Assembly (NCBI RefSeq): GCF_001194135.2
Contig: NC_068983.1
Location: 134,488,756-134,552,755 of the forward strand
Source: Octopus bimaculoides
Taxonomy: Eukaryota
Length of the DNA stretch: 64,000 bases
Direction of reading: 5' to 3'
The first letter of the stretch is position 1, and each line of letters opens with the position of its first letter. Shown in pieces: positions 52,912 through 64,000 of this stretch. Below the pieces are notes generated by a model, which was not told the origin of the DNA, did not search any database, and was given only the letters and a program-made list of their open reading frames with translations. The position numbers and the translations under genes were made by a program.

Positions 52912-54179
52912 GTAAGTAGAGTTTTGTACTAAAACTGAAGCGATCTCTGTATCTTTTTAGTATTTCTCTTTTCAACCATAGTTATGTTGTTTTTTTTTAT
53001 CATGTTCATATTAGTGGTGACATAATTAGTGGGGCCGCGATATGGACGTTCTTTTCTTTGTTCCTTCCTTTAGCTGACTCTAAGTGAGTGAGTGAGTGAG
53101 AGAGAGAGGGGGAGGGGGGGAGAAATCGATCTCATTGCTTCAATGGTACTTTATTTGTTGACACTGAATGGATGAAAGGCAATCACATCACTTTCACTTT
53201 TATCAAGATGGCGTATCCTAGTGATAACGGCCTAAATCAAACACGTCAAAACTATGAAACGATTGAAAACCACGCGCGTACGCCCACACACACACATATA
53301 TATTCATGTGTGTGTATATAACACACAGACACACTCATCTCGATTGATTCATACCAAGACACAATGAATTATAGAACTCAATACGTAAATCAGAAGACTG
53401 AAAATTGCCATCGTTCTTTCAGCTGACAATCTGACTTGGTTTCCTTTTAAATCGTACGATGTTTGAATATATTTTCAAATGTTATATGAAAGCAATCCAG
53501 TTAAACGCTTACCTTAAACTTGAAAAGAAAAAGCCATTTGAGCGATAAAAATATGTGTCATGTTCCTATCACTTGTTTCTTTTTCCAAACACATCCAACG
53601 TGTTAAGGATGACGGATATGAAAGTCGCATCTACCTTTGAATCGTTTCGATGTGCTTGATTTAGACTTATCTCCAAGATATGTTATTTTGAGTGACAAAA
53701 GTAAAAGGGTTGTACCAAACTCAAAGATCACTCAAAGTTGTCCTTGGTGGGTTTTTAACTCAGAGCGCAGAGAGCCGGAACAAATATTTTAAGGCGTTTT
53801 TTGAAACACTCTAACGACTTTCTTGTACGTTCAAGGTTGTTATTAGAAATTTGAACAAATGTGTAATCTAGGTGTTAAACTGGTGTGGAAGTATTTTATC
53901 AAATGTTGTCTGCTTTAGAATTGTGAATGAACTAACTGGACAATAAACGTGAATTTTGTTTCAGAGTTTGCCTTCATGTTTGTTTTTCCGAACTATTTCT
54001 TTATTATTTATTTCAATTTACAAAGATTTCAGGGGATTTTTCGTCTTATGATTCAGAAAGCGAAACCATTGAATTTAGCAGAGTTTTTGACAAATGGTCG
54101 AAAACTCAGTAAAAAGACAATTGTTTTTGAAACAGATTTTTATCTCTAACATCCAGTTTCGTGTTTAGTATGTTTGAGA

Positions 54180-57150
54180 TTGAAATACACATTCGATATC
54201 AGTTCGTTTGTTGTGTTAACCCTGCACTTACGAGAGCTGGATTCGTAGCGCTATTACTGCTGGAAAGAAATCTTTCCTTTTCATATTGTAACAGATATTT
54301 AGCAAAATGACCTGACAGCTGATCAACAAAAGAATTAATTCTTATATTTTGAGAGTGTTTGTAAAAATTTAACTTTACTCCTAAGTGATGACGCTTTAAA
54401 ACAAGAGTGGATTTCATAGGCTTTTGTTTCTTTTGAAATCTCTAGCAGAATTTGACAGAAGTCACCTGTCATTACTGTTGCTACTTCTCTCACTGAGATC
54501 TGTTGTTGCACAAGTTCTGCTACCTGCTGTCCAGAAACTCCAGAGATTTCTTGTGAGAAATTGTGCATTCATTCTTGACAAACATTTATCAGGCCATCCC
54601 ATAAGTTCTGTCCGATTTTACTTTTTTTTAAATTGAAAGAAATTTAATAGTATTTTAGAATGTCTAATGGAATTAAAAATTATTTTTATGCATTTGTGTA
54701 CATTTCAACTAATTAAATATTATTTTACAGACTAACAGAATTAAAATTTCTTTGATTAAAACCCTTTCTAACATGGAAGTATCCAAAGAGCATTTGAGGC
54801 ACATAATGCTTTATGAGTACAAAAAAGGAAACTCTGCAGCCAAAGCGACTCGAGATATACATTCAGTTTATGGGAAAGAATGCTTGAATGAAAGAAATTG
54901 CAGAAGATGGTTTGCAAAATTCAGAAGTGGAGATTTCAGCCTTGAAGATGAAGATAGAACAGGACGTCCAGTTGAGTTTGATGATAAGCTCTTTGAGGCA
55001 TTACTTGAAGAAAATCCTGCATTATCAGTTGAAGAATTGGCAATAAGGTTTAGTTCAAGCCACACAACTATTCATCATCATCTTCAACAACTTAGAAAAT
55101 GGGTGCCTCATGAATTGTCCAAAAGCAACTGTAAATCCCAAGTTGACATCTGCTTTTCTCTCCATTCTCGCAAACTCATTTCACCCTTTTTGGATAGACT
55201 TGTGACTGTGACAAAAAATGGATCTTCTATTGAAATGTTAAACATCGTAAACAGTGGCTTGGTAAAAGGGAAAAAGCTCAACCACGACCGAGAAAGGAAC
55301 ATCATGCAAAAAAGGTTCTTCTCTCTCTCTGGTGGGATTGCAAAGGAGTAATTCACTTTGAATTGTTACCACTTAATGCAACATTCAATTCTCAAGTCTA
55401 CTGTCAGCAATTAGAGCGTTTGAACCAAGCTTTGAAGAAAAAAAGACCTGCTTTAGTGAATTGAAAAGGAGTGATGTTTCATCAGGACAATGTGCGACCC
55501 CACACTGCAAAGATCACATCACAGAAGATCGAAGAGCTTGGTTGGGAAAAAATTCCTCATCCACCTTATTCTCCCAACCTTGCTCCTTCAGACTACCATT
55601 TGTTTCATAGTTTATAGAATCATTTGGGGGACATAACTTTCGCAAGCTAGGAGGAGGTCGAAACTGACATTTCAGAGTTCTTCGCTTTGAAACCAAAAGA
55701 GTTTTACATTGATGGGATTAAAAAGTATATAAATAGATGGAAGGAAGTCATAGATAATCAGGGAAAGTACATTGATGATTAAATTTCAATTAAATATAAC
55801 ATTCGGTCACTTGTTTTCTTTATTGAAAATTTGGACAGAACTTATGGGATGACCTGATAGTATCACTTAAAACTCACGTGGTTCTCCAATTCCTCGCAAT
55901 TTGGTAAACAGGTCCCTAAGTTCAAGAAAAGCTTGAAAGCAAAATGTAATGTACAACCCCAACCATGGAGGAACATGGCAGCAGTGCCTGAAGAAATAAC
56001 AGCAATAACTATGTAGTTATTTCTTCAGATACTGCAGATATCACGAAAGCAAATGTCAGCTTCTGGTTGCCAAATCAGAATCTTGTCAAAAACACCAGAA
56101 TTGACTGCCCTTTCATCTGCAGTGGGTTTGGGTTATTCATTGATATATGCTGTTAATATGTTAATATTATATGATGCATCTTTCAAAACTTCTGTTGCTG
56201 AGTTATTGACTCCAGTGTAGTTAGGTTTAGAGATGCTGTACTTTTGAAGTTCTTGGCCATTTATATCGCCAAGCTTGTTGAAGAGGGTTGTATTATAGAT
56301 TTCATTTGTGAACTCTGTTTCCGTACTGGAGTATATCTTGAGCTTGATGAATGAAATCTTTAGCAAAGTCATCATGATACTTGTGCCAAAACAGAAGCAA
56401 GCAGTGTTCACAACATTTTGACACTATGCTGAAATGAACCCTAATAAAAGCAGTTTGAAGTAGAGAAGCTTCTAACTATGTTACATCCTGTTGGCCATCA
56501 CTCTCTAGCAATCCAAGTATTAATTTATGTCTTGCTCTCTAGAGATGGAGCAAACTTTATCATTGGATCTTCAAAGATCTTGAAATGAACTTGAATTTCA
56601 CACTGTACAGAGGAGTCATAGAAAGAAGCCTTCTGGTTGATTAGTTTGTACAGTATTCTCTCTTTCGATGGCACTGTCAATATTTCTATGAAGTTGGCTT
56701 TCAACAGGAACATATTTTTTGACACCATTGCTAGCTGTTCAGTATATAAGTAAAACAGAACTTGATGGTGGAGTGATATTTTTGCAAAGATCATACTGGC
56801 ATAGCTTGGAAAGGGTTGTAAGCATTGCATACTTTATATTTAGAGTTAGCTGTGTTGCATGTATTCCTCAAGTAAAATAAATTTGTTGGCCATTTTTTAA
56901 GTGGATAGCAAGTTATTGAATTTTGGTGTATCTTCATGAATAGAAAAGCAAGAAAGTTCCAGAAGGCCTCATTGCTGCAAATGCATTGTTCATGATAGAA
57001 TCAGTAAATTTCGCTTCATCAGAACAAACATTGCAGTGCCAGATCCCCTGAAGAGATGTTTCCAGACACATTTGATCAGCTTTATTGAATTACAGAACAC
57101 CAAATTGATGTGTATATTAAATAACTTGATCAGGTGTTGCTAGTTGGGAA
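54180..57150 (-). mobile_element. Decayed Helitron RepHel (Rep C-terminus and PIF1 helicase), split by the mariner
   Basis: Frameshifted motifs in the expected order: HINLVFCNSIK, SNEAFW..IHE...LAIHLKNGQQIYF, LGLLESD, LFWHKYHDD, AVISSGTAA..HFAFKL, NECTISHKKSLE, GDFCQIL. Confidence 0.8.
54589..55857 (+). mobile_element. Full-length (1269 bp) inactive mariner DNA transposon, DD34D type
   Basis: 25-bp TIRs TCAGG(C/T)CATCCCATAAGTTCTGTCC with TA duplications; transposase from 54773 with WVPHEL, HQDN.RPH and YSPNLAPSDYHLF; frameshift and stop codons. Confidence 0.93.
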
Positions 57151-57265
57151 CTATCCTTTTGTTGTCTATTTCATGTTGTCTGACCAAGATTTGGAAAGCT
57201 CTCATCTTCCACTGTTTGTTTTCTGAAGACAGACACCTATTTTTATGCTTTGATCACCTTACACA

Positions 57266-57304
<39 letters not shown>

Positions 57305-57368
57305 NNNNNNNNNNNNNNNNNNNNNNNNNNNNNNNNNNNNNNNNNNNNNNNNNNNNNNNNNNNNNNNN

Positions 57369-57424
<56 letters not shown>

Positions 57425-58474
57425 ACATATCATCATCATTATCATCACTACCAGCACCACCACTACCATCATCATTGTTTTAACGTTCACTTTTCCATGC
57501 CTGCATGGATCAAACAGAATTTATTGAGGTACATATTTTATGGCCAGATGCCCTTTCTATTGTCAGTCCTCATCTGTTTCAAGCAAGTTAATATTTCCCT
57601 ATGATTGGACATATTTTCACAGGAGATTGGAAAACAAAGGACACTGTTTGAAAGATGGTGATGCTTCTCTACAACTATTACACAATGTCAAGTCAAGGAG
57701 ACACACATACCTACACACACACACACACACACACAAGATAAATGTTGCTATCATGTTTTCCAAGATTAGTCTAAATTTAATTATCCTATCACACACTTTA
57801 ACTACCTTGATCACTTTATCTACCCATTTTCAACCAAAAGTATTTCTGCACCTCCCACACCATCACCATTGCCTTCCCCAAAAAAACTACATATACATCA
57901 ACAACAAAAAAGCTAGCTGTGGACTCATTGCTCAATAGGTCTTTTAAACACCAGCGTGCGTTATGTGTTTATAAAATACTGATGTCGGGCAAACAAATGA
58001 ATATATGTAAATGATATTTCTTCCTTCTTGGTGTTGATTCTTCGAACAGAGTGGTGACATTTAGTAGAGATGACCCGGAAGTTGTTCCTCTTCAATTACT
58101 ATTGTAAACAGCAGTAGCTTTCTTCAACCGAATACACGTCATTGATTGGCTGAAATTACCCAAATACGACAACTTTAACACAAAATAACTTCTAAAATAT
58201 GAAATTTTGTCAAAAACATTCAGAGTAAACTGTGTTCTATGTGAGAAATTCTACCAGTGTTTGAAGTTTCAAACTGTTTAGTTAAAAAAAAGTAACTTAA
58301 GAATCTGTGACTGAGATGGAATAGGTCCCATTTTTGTGATCTAAAGTTAACAGAATGATTTGCTACAATGGAATTTTCTTATGTCTTCAAATTTTCAAGG
58401 ATTGTTGTAATTTCATATTACCAGTGTCTTTTGTTCGCATTAAAGTTTCTTTTTTTTTTTACATGTCTGTGCAG

Positions 58475-58534
58475 TGGAATTTTTCCATCTGGCATGAATG
58501 CTATTATGGGACCAACAGGCTGTGGGAAATCCTC
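58475..58534 (+). CDS. ABCG2: ABCG2-like exon 2, Walker A (GIFPSGMNAIMGPTGCGKSS)
   Basis: 60 nt, GPTGCGKS P-loop; TGCAG / GTAAGT. Confidence 0.95.
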
Positions 58535-58959
58535 GTAAGTATTTATTTCCAAACAGTTGTAGTTTTAGATATTTATTTAGTATGTAGATTAAGGGAAAGA
58601 GGGCAGTGTTCATGGCTTTTGCATATTGTATTAAGTAATCACTTATTAGGAAAATGTAGTCAAGAAAGAAACCCCAAAGAAATATAGTTTTGGGGAAAGA
58701 GGACTAGGAAACAGTTGAAATGCTAAAGGAATTTGAAGTTCAGAAGAACAGGAAATATAGTCTTTGTGTAAAAGTTAGATAGGATACAGCAGCATGTTAG
58801 ATTGTCAATCAGTTAGATGGATGTTTGTGTGTGTAGCAATAGCTATTGTGCATTCATTGTTTACACTAGGCACACTTTATAGAATGTCCACCTACTTCTT
58901 TTCTGTATACTTAACATAGCATTTTTCCTGATAGTATTAGGGTCTTGTCTTCCTTCTCA

Positions 58960-60040
58960 CTCTCTGAAACTTTTGCTTTTGCTAAATTCACTTTATAGTC
59001 ATTCAGTTTCAGATTTTGGTTCCCTGTCTGGAATTTTTTCCTCCAAAATGTTCTACAGATCATTTTTATAAGAGTTGCTATCAGCATACAGGAGTTTCCA
59101 AGGATAACCACTCTTAAATTACTCTGTTATGGCTTAGAAGACTATTGTAAACATGAATGGTCTGAAAACTGTTATCTGTATGCTAAATTCATCACTGAAC
59201 TCATCACTTATTTACACATTGCTGATTGCACCTCTGTATAAGGTTTGTATAGCTATCACAAACCATTCATATACCCCCAGCTTCCTTGGTGACCACCATA
59301 TCACAGAACGATGAATGCTGGCTTATTCCTAGCTAAGCACTTCTCTTGAAAAGTGGCACCGATGGTATCTCATCCTGACACAAAGCTAAATAGCATTTCA
59401 TTCACATTAATCCTGCTCTTAATTGATTTTGCAATAACTCTATAACTTCTATAACCTGTTCCAACAGTTTGATGCATCTGTGCTTTCCTCTCTCTAGTGC
59501 ATTTCTTTTGTTTGTTTAGCAATTTATGATACTACTGTGCTAGTCATTAGGTATGATGTCTTCCTGTGTTACTTGATTGGCTATACTGGTGACAGGCGAG
59601 CTGGCAGAATTGTTAGCATGCCAGGTGAAATGCTTAGCGGTATTTCATCTGCTGTTACATTCTAAGTTCAAACTCTACCGAGGTCGACTTTGCCTTTCGT
59701 CCTTTCAAGATTAAATAAGTACCAGCTACGCACTGGGGTCAATGTAATCGACTTAAATCCTTTGTTTGTCCTTGTTTGACTCCTCTATGTTTAGCCCTCT
59801 GTGGGCAATAAAGAAATATATACTGGTGACAGGCTGTACCCTACTTTGCTAGATATTTTAAGCATCTTGGCAACTGTCCATGATGGGCTAGCTGCTTTCC
59901 CTACTGTTACATCTTTAATCACTGTATCTACCATACTGCTGTCAACTTGGATAGTTGATCCCTCTGTTGGGTCTACTTCTCTCCCATGGCTGGCCCTCTC
60001 TCTCCCACACATTCCCTACATTCAAGAATTACTCAGAGTA
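58960..60040 (-). mobile_element. RTE LINE reverse-transcriptase relic, interrupted by a SINE
   Basis: Successive motifs GKAASPS..VAKMLKIS, NALERGKHRCIKLLEQV, GYPWKLLYAD and KVNLAKAKV. Confidence 0.8.
59595..59818 (+). mobile_element. Full-length tRNA-derived SINE with target-site duplication
   Basis: Head GGCGAGCTGGCAGAA, B-box-like AAGTTCAAACTC, body GTCGACTTTGCCTTTC; flanked by a TATACTGGTGACA direct repeat (59582 and 59819). Confidence 0.78.
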
Positions 60041-60046
60041 GCACCA

Positions 60047-60271
60047 GAGCTTCCTCTTATAAGTAGCACAAGAGCCTCTCATAATAGGATTTGAGCCTCT
60101 CATAGTAGCTTTTGAGCCTCTCATAGTAGCATTTGAGCCTCTCATAGTAGCATTTGAGCCTCTCATAGTAGCATTTGAGCTTCTCACAGTAGCATTTGAG
60201 CCTCTTATAGTGCTAGAGCCTCTTATAACGCCTCTCATAGTTGCACTAAAGTATTTCACAGTAGCACTAAA
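60047..60271. repeat. 21-bp minisatellite (GAGCCTCTCATAGTAGCATTT)n
   Basis: Units at 60072, 60093, 60114 and onward, degenerating at both ends. Confidence 0.9.
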
Positions 60272-60415
60272 TTGTAAGCATATGTGGCTGAGTGTGTCGG
60301 TTCCAGCTATAATGTTCTGCTTGAAGTCTTGGATAATTTTTGTGACTGGATTTCTATTTTTGCTAACCACTTTCCATTTGTAAAAACCAATGAAAAGAAT
60401 ACCTTTCTATTCTAG

Positions 60416-60530
60416 CTTGTTGAATGTTATAAGTGGTCAAAAAAATCCAGCTGGATTGTCAGGTATCTTATTAATCAATGGCCGTTTACCACCAGCCAAC
60501 TTCAAATGTCAAGTTGGTTACGTAGAACAG
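60416..60530 (+). CDS. ABCG2: ABCG2-like exon 3 (LLNVISGQKNPAGLSG...ANFKCQVGYVEQ)
   Basis: 115 nt matching LLDVLAARKDPSGLSG...ANFKCNSGYVVQ (Q-loop); TCTAG / GTGAGT. Confidence 0.95.
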
Positions 60531-61989
60531 GTGAGTTTTTTGTTTTTGGTATATTTTCTAAGATTATCATCATCATTATAATTATGTTAGTTTTCATTGG
60601 CCTTGCTCTTGTATAATATTAGCTGCTGCAAGGTTGTCAACATCATTTTCATCTTCCATCATGTATATACACTTGCCAATAAAATTTTCTACCACATTCA
60701 GTAATGTTCACAAAGCCTGTAACTGTATACCATTTATTGTTGTGCACCACCATCAAGAATATAGTTTAGATGTTATAGGTTGTGGTGTCATCTAATGAGA
60801 CTCCGCTCAGAAAGCTGTAATGTTGTTTGGTAGTAGACCTGAATGAAGAATATATAAAACACAATGTGGTTACTTTAAATATGTTTATTGTGGTCACATG
60901 TATATATACACAAGCTGAATAGAAGTGGTTGATGTACATTTGTTCATATATCTACATGCCTCAGCATGGGTTATATGTTAGCTGTTAACCCTGGCGAGAA
61001 GCTCACAAACAGTGATGTGTTAGAACCAGTGCAGAGTGTTGGTGCTGTGTTGATGTTGACAACGTTGGTGAGAGACATCAGTGGTGGCGACAAAAATGGA
61101 GGTCGCTGCAACATGGTCAGTGATTAGACCTTAGAAAGTTTGGAACCAACTGACGTTGAGACAAGTAGGTGGTGAGCTTTTATATATGACGGGTAGGTTC
61201 AAATGCAGTTTTGGAACAGACTGTCTCACATGACTTATTTGAAGGCTGTGATTGGTTGGGTTGCATATTGGCGCAAAATAAAGTAAGAGACAAATTGCGC
61301 CAATACCAACCAATCAGAGTGGTAGATACAACGGGGTCCAAACAGCACCCAAGGGTTAGCTGTTACCTGCTACGTTCGTATGTCTTTATATATAAGAGAG
61401 GAAGCTCACTAGAATTCATTACAATAGCAAACCACCTTTCATCTCACTCCAGCATTATCTCATTTGTGAGCTTCTCTAACTTAATACTTCCTTTCAAGTC
61501 TTCAGACTCCTCCATTGGTACATTTATTTTACTTTGCACTCATAATCCATTCACATCACATCCCTCCTGAGTACATCAGCCTGATGCATTTAAAGCTTAT
61601 TTGCTCTTTCAGTTTACTTGTGCACAACAGTTGAATTAGTGTAGTAAAATAGGCAAACAATGAAATAATTTAGTCTCACATCAGTTGATGTTTTCCTGTT
61701 CCAGTAGGTGTTAGGGTGCTCGTAAAGAAAAAAAAAATCAACTGTTTTAACTCAAAACAAATGGAGATCCAGATACCAATGGCTACCAGAAACAAGATGA
61801 CTCCCTTCCTTTCTATCTAAGCCAAGCACCCTTTTTCCTGTATCTCTTTTTCTCTCCTTCAATCTTAAATTGTCTGTCTCTCTTATTCTTGTTTTCTCTT
61901 CTGTTTCTCTTGCTCACTATCTATCACTTTTTCATTCTCTTCCTCCAGCTATCTCTTTTTCCCACTTTTCATTGTCTTTTTCTTTATAG

Positions 61990-62142
61990 GATGATGTCAT
62001 TATGCCAACTCTCAGTGTGAAAGAAAACTTGTGGTTTTCTGCAGCCCTTCGTTTGCCTGCCACATTTTCATCAGCAACCCGTGAACAAAGGGTGAATGCA
62101 TTGATAGAAGAATTAGGGCTCACTGACGTGGCTGACTCCAAA
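61990..62142 (+). CDS. ABCG2: ABCG2-like exon 4 (DDVIMPTLSVKENLWFSAALRLP...LGLTDVADSK)
   Basis: 153 nt matching DDVVMGTLTVRENLQFSAALRL...VADSK; TATAG / GTAAGT. Confidence 0.96.
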
Positions 62143-63720
62143 GTAAGTGTTGATGTTACTCATTGTTTAATATATTCCTGTAATTATGATAAAGAGAAAA
62201 GAGGGCCAAGGACTGAGTTATACTGAACTTCTGTTTGTAAGCTAAATTCATTGCTTAACTCATTGCTGACTCTCACTTTGCTGACTCTACTTCTCTACAT
62301 AGCATGTATGACTCTCACAAACTAGTTCTCTTTCCCTGGTTTCCTGAACGACCATTATATTATCTTATCAAAGGCCTTCTCCAGAATGTTAGGTGTCTTC
62401 CTCATTAGCAGTAAGGCTAAATGACCTTACTGATATTAATGACACATCTCGAACTGATGAGGAACCCACTATATGATCTGCTAGAAATAGCAGCCAAATC
62501 CTCCTCAAACCATACCTTATTTCCTCAAAAATGTAAATATATTTTGCATAATGTAAACCTAGATACACTGTCTGAAGAAAAAAAAGATGGGATGTTCACA
62601 ACTGGAATATCTTTAATCGTAAGTCTGCTTGATTAAAGTTGGCTTGAGGCTAAATCATAAAAAACAACAATGATAACTGATCATGATACCTCTTATATCG
62701 TTTGAAAGCAGAGAGTTCTTTCTATCATCTGCTATGGTATTTGTTATTTACATTTCTTCAGTATAGTTTTATGACATTTATATTTATATCATTAGTGATA
62801 GGGAAGATTGTATGACATTTGTGTTGCAACTGTCCATAGTTTGTGTGTCATATGGAATTTCTACCTACATCTTTTCTATATTTTCATGCAAAATTTAGAT
62901 CTATTCTTCACCAGAGAAAGCATCTTTTACTCTGCTGAAGTTCAGGATCAGACCAAAATTTGATGTGCAGTAGAGACATACTAATTTATGGCTAATATTA
63001 TCTTTGGCCAATATCCAATGGTTATTTATGGAATAAGATCAGCAACAAGCATGTTTGTATACTTATTTAGAAAAACTACCTCATACAGGTACATAAACAA
63101 TAAATAATTCCAAAGATAAACAAGAAGAAAAATATTTTAATCAAATCAACAGTATGATGCAGGCAACCAGAAAAGTTAACCAGTACAACTGTTGACATTA
63201 GATAAGCATAAATAACAGTGAAACTTACCCATCTGTAGAAACTCTCTGAAAATCTGTAATGTTTTAATGGAAAATACTTATTGACACCTCTGTCCTGTAA
63301 CAAACAAACAGTGTTGAAGCAAAGGAAAAAAAAAAATAGATACATACTTTCAAAAGCATGTCATCTATCCACATATTGACAATAGAAATCAAGTGAGTAA
63401 TATAAAATCTAAAGTAAGCTCTTCAGTCCTTCACAACAGCATCGTACATCAATTTCTATCTGGTTAAGTGATTGCTTAGAGGCTCTCCTATTGGCCTAAT
63501 TAATCCCTTTTCTATATCTATAGAGAAGCTGTTTGTTCTAAATAGATTAAAAGATTCTCTAAACTTCTAGTCCAGCCTGATTACTTCCCAAAGCAGGTCT
63601 AATATATTTTCACATGTCCGCAGTCTACAGGCAGGAAATTTTTTCATATATTTCTCCTAATGAATATATAAAAAGGCAGAATTACATTGGACCTTTTCTC
63701 GTATTACTGTTTATCACTAG

Positions 63721-63878
63721 GTTGGCAGTGAATTAATACGAGGTATTTCGGGTGGTGAACGAAAAAGGACTTGTATTGGTTTGGAACTAATCACTTCTCC
63801 ACAGATTTTGTTTCTTGATGAACCAACCACTGGTCTTGATTCCAGTACAGCATACAGTGTTATGCATCTTCTAAAAAA
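63721..63878 (+). CDS. ABCG2: ABCG2-like exon 5, signature and Walker B ([16 protein letters not shown]...[16 protein letters not shown]); gene continues beyond the window
   Basis: 158 nt with SGGERKR and [11 protein letters not shown]; ACTAG / GTAATT. Confidence 0.96.
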
Positions 63879-63904
63879 GTAATTATGATTTGCTATGTAT
63901 TTTC

Positions 63905-63939
<35 letters not shown>

Positions 63940-64000
63940 AGCATTTTGTTTTACACAAAGTTACAAGGCAATACATGACTAATTCATATCAGTGTGTATA

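Noticed and set aside
54752-55351. Active or domesticated (SETMAR-like) transposase
   Set aside because: Frameshift near the first catalytic Asp, stop codons downstream, retained TIRs and no SET domain.
51688-60271. CRISPR-like reading of the 157-bp and 21-bp arrays
   Set aside because: Head-to-tail repeats with no unique spacers, no cas genes, and a eukaryotic context.
60029-60370. ORF with (ATMRGSN)n repeats
   Set aside because: Antisense translation of the intronic 21-bp minisatellite; no homology or splice support.
60770-61130. LTR-like remnant (AATAAA and TGGCGAC-like motif)
   Set aside because: No second LTR, TSD or gag/pol relic could be identified.

Overview
AT-rich, repeat-dense animal genomic DNA with five short N gaps. 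The repeat families (RTE LINEs with (GAT)n tails, tRNA-derived SINEs) suggest an Octopus-type coleoid cephalopod; this is inferred, not proven. Two spliced protein-coding genes diverge from a ~24 kb intergenic region. (1) Transportin (TNPO1/karyopherin-beta2) on the minus strand: 11 coding exons from the ATG at 28764 to 373 (531 codons), continuing off the left edge. Its first coding intron has U12 (minor spliceosome) signals. (2) An ABCG2-like half transporter on the plus strand: 5 coding exons from 52640 to 63878 with intact Walker A, Q-loop, signature and Walker B, continuing off the right edge. The remainder is transposon relics: RTE LINEs, Penelope-like elements, an R4/Dong LINE, a full-length mariner nested in a decayed Helitron helicase, a DD37D maT relic, and hAT, piggyBac-like and unclassified MITEs, plus SINEs and tandem repeats. 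The most unusual signal is a Penelope terminal module in which the GIY-YIG ORF is followed by a tRNA-like Pol III A/B-box segment and then a minimal hammerhead ribozyme, present as an inverted pair in a TNPO intron. No CRISPR array, rRNA gene or intact tRNA gene was found.
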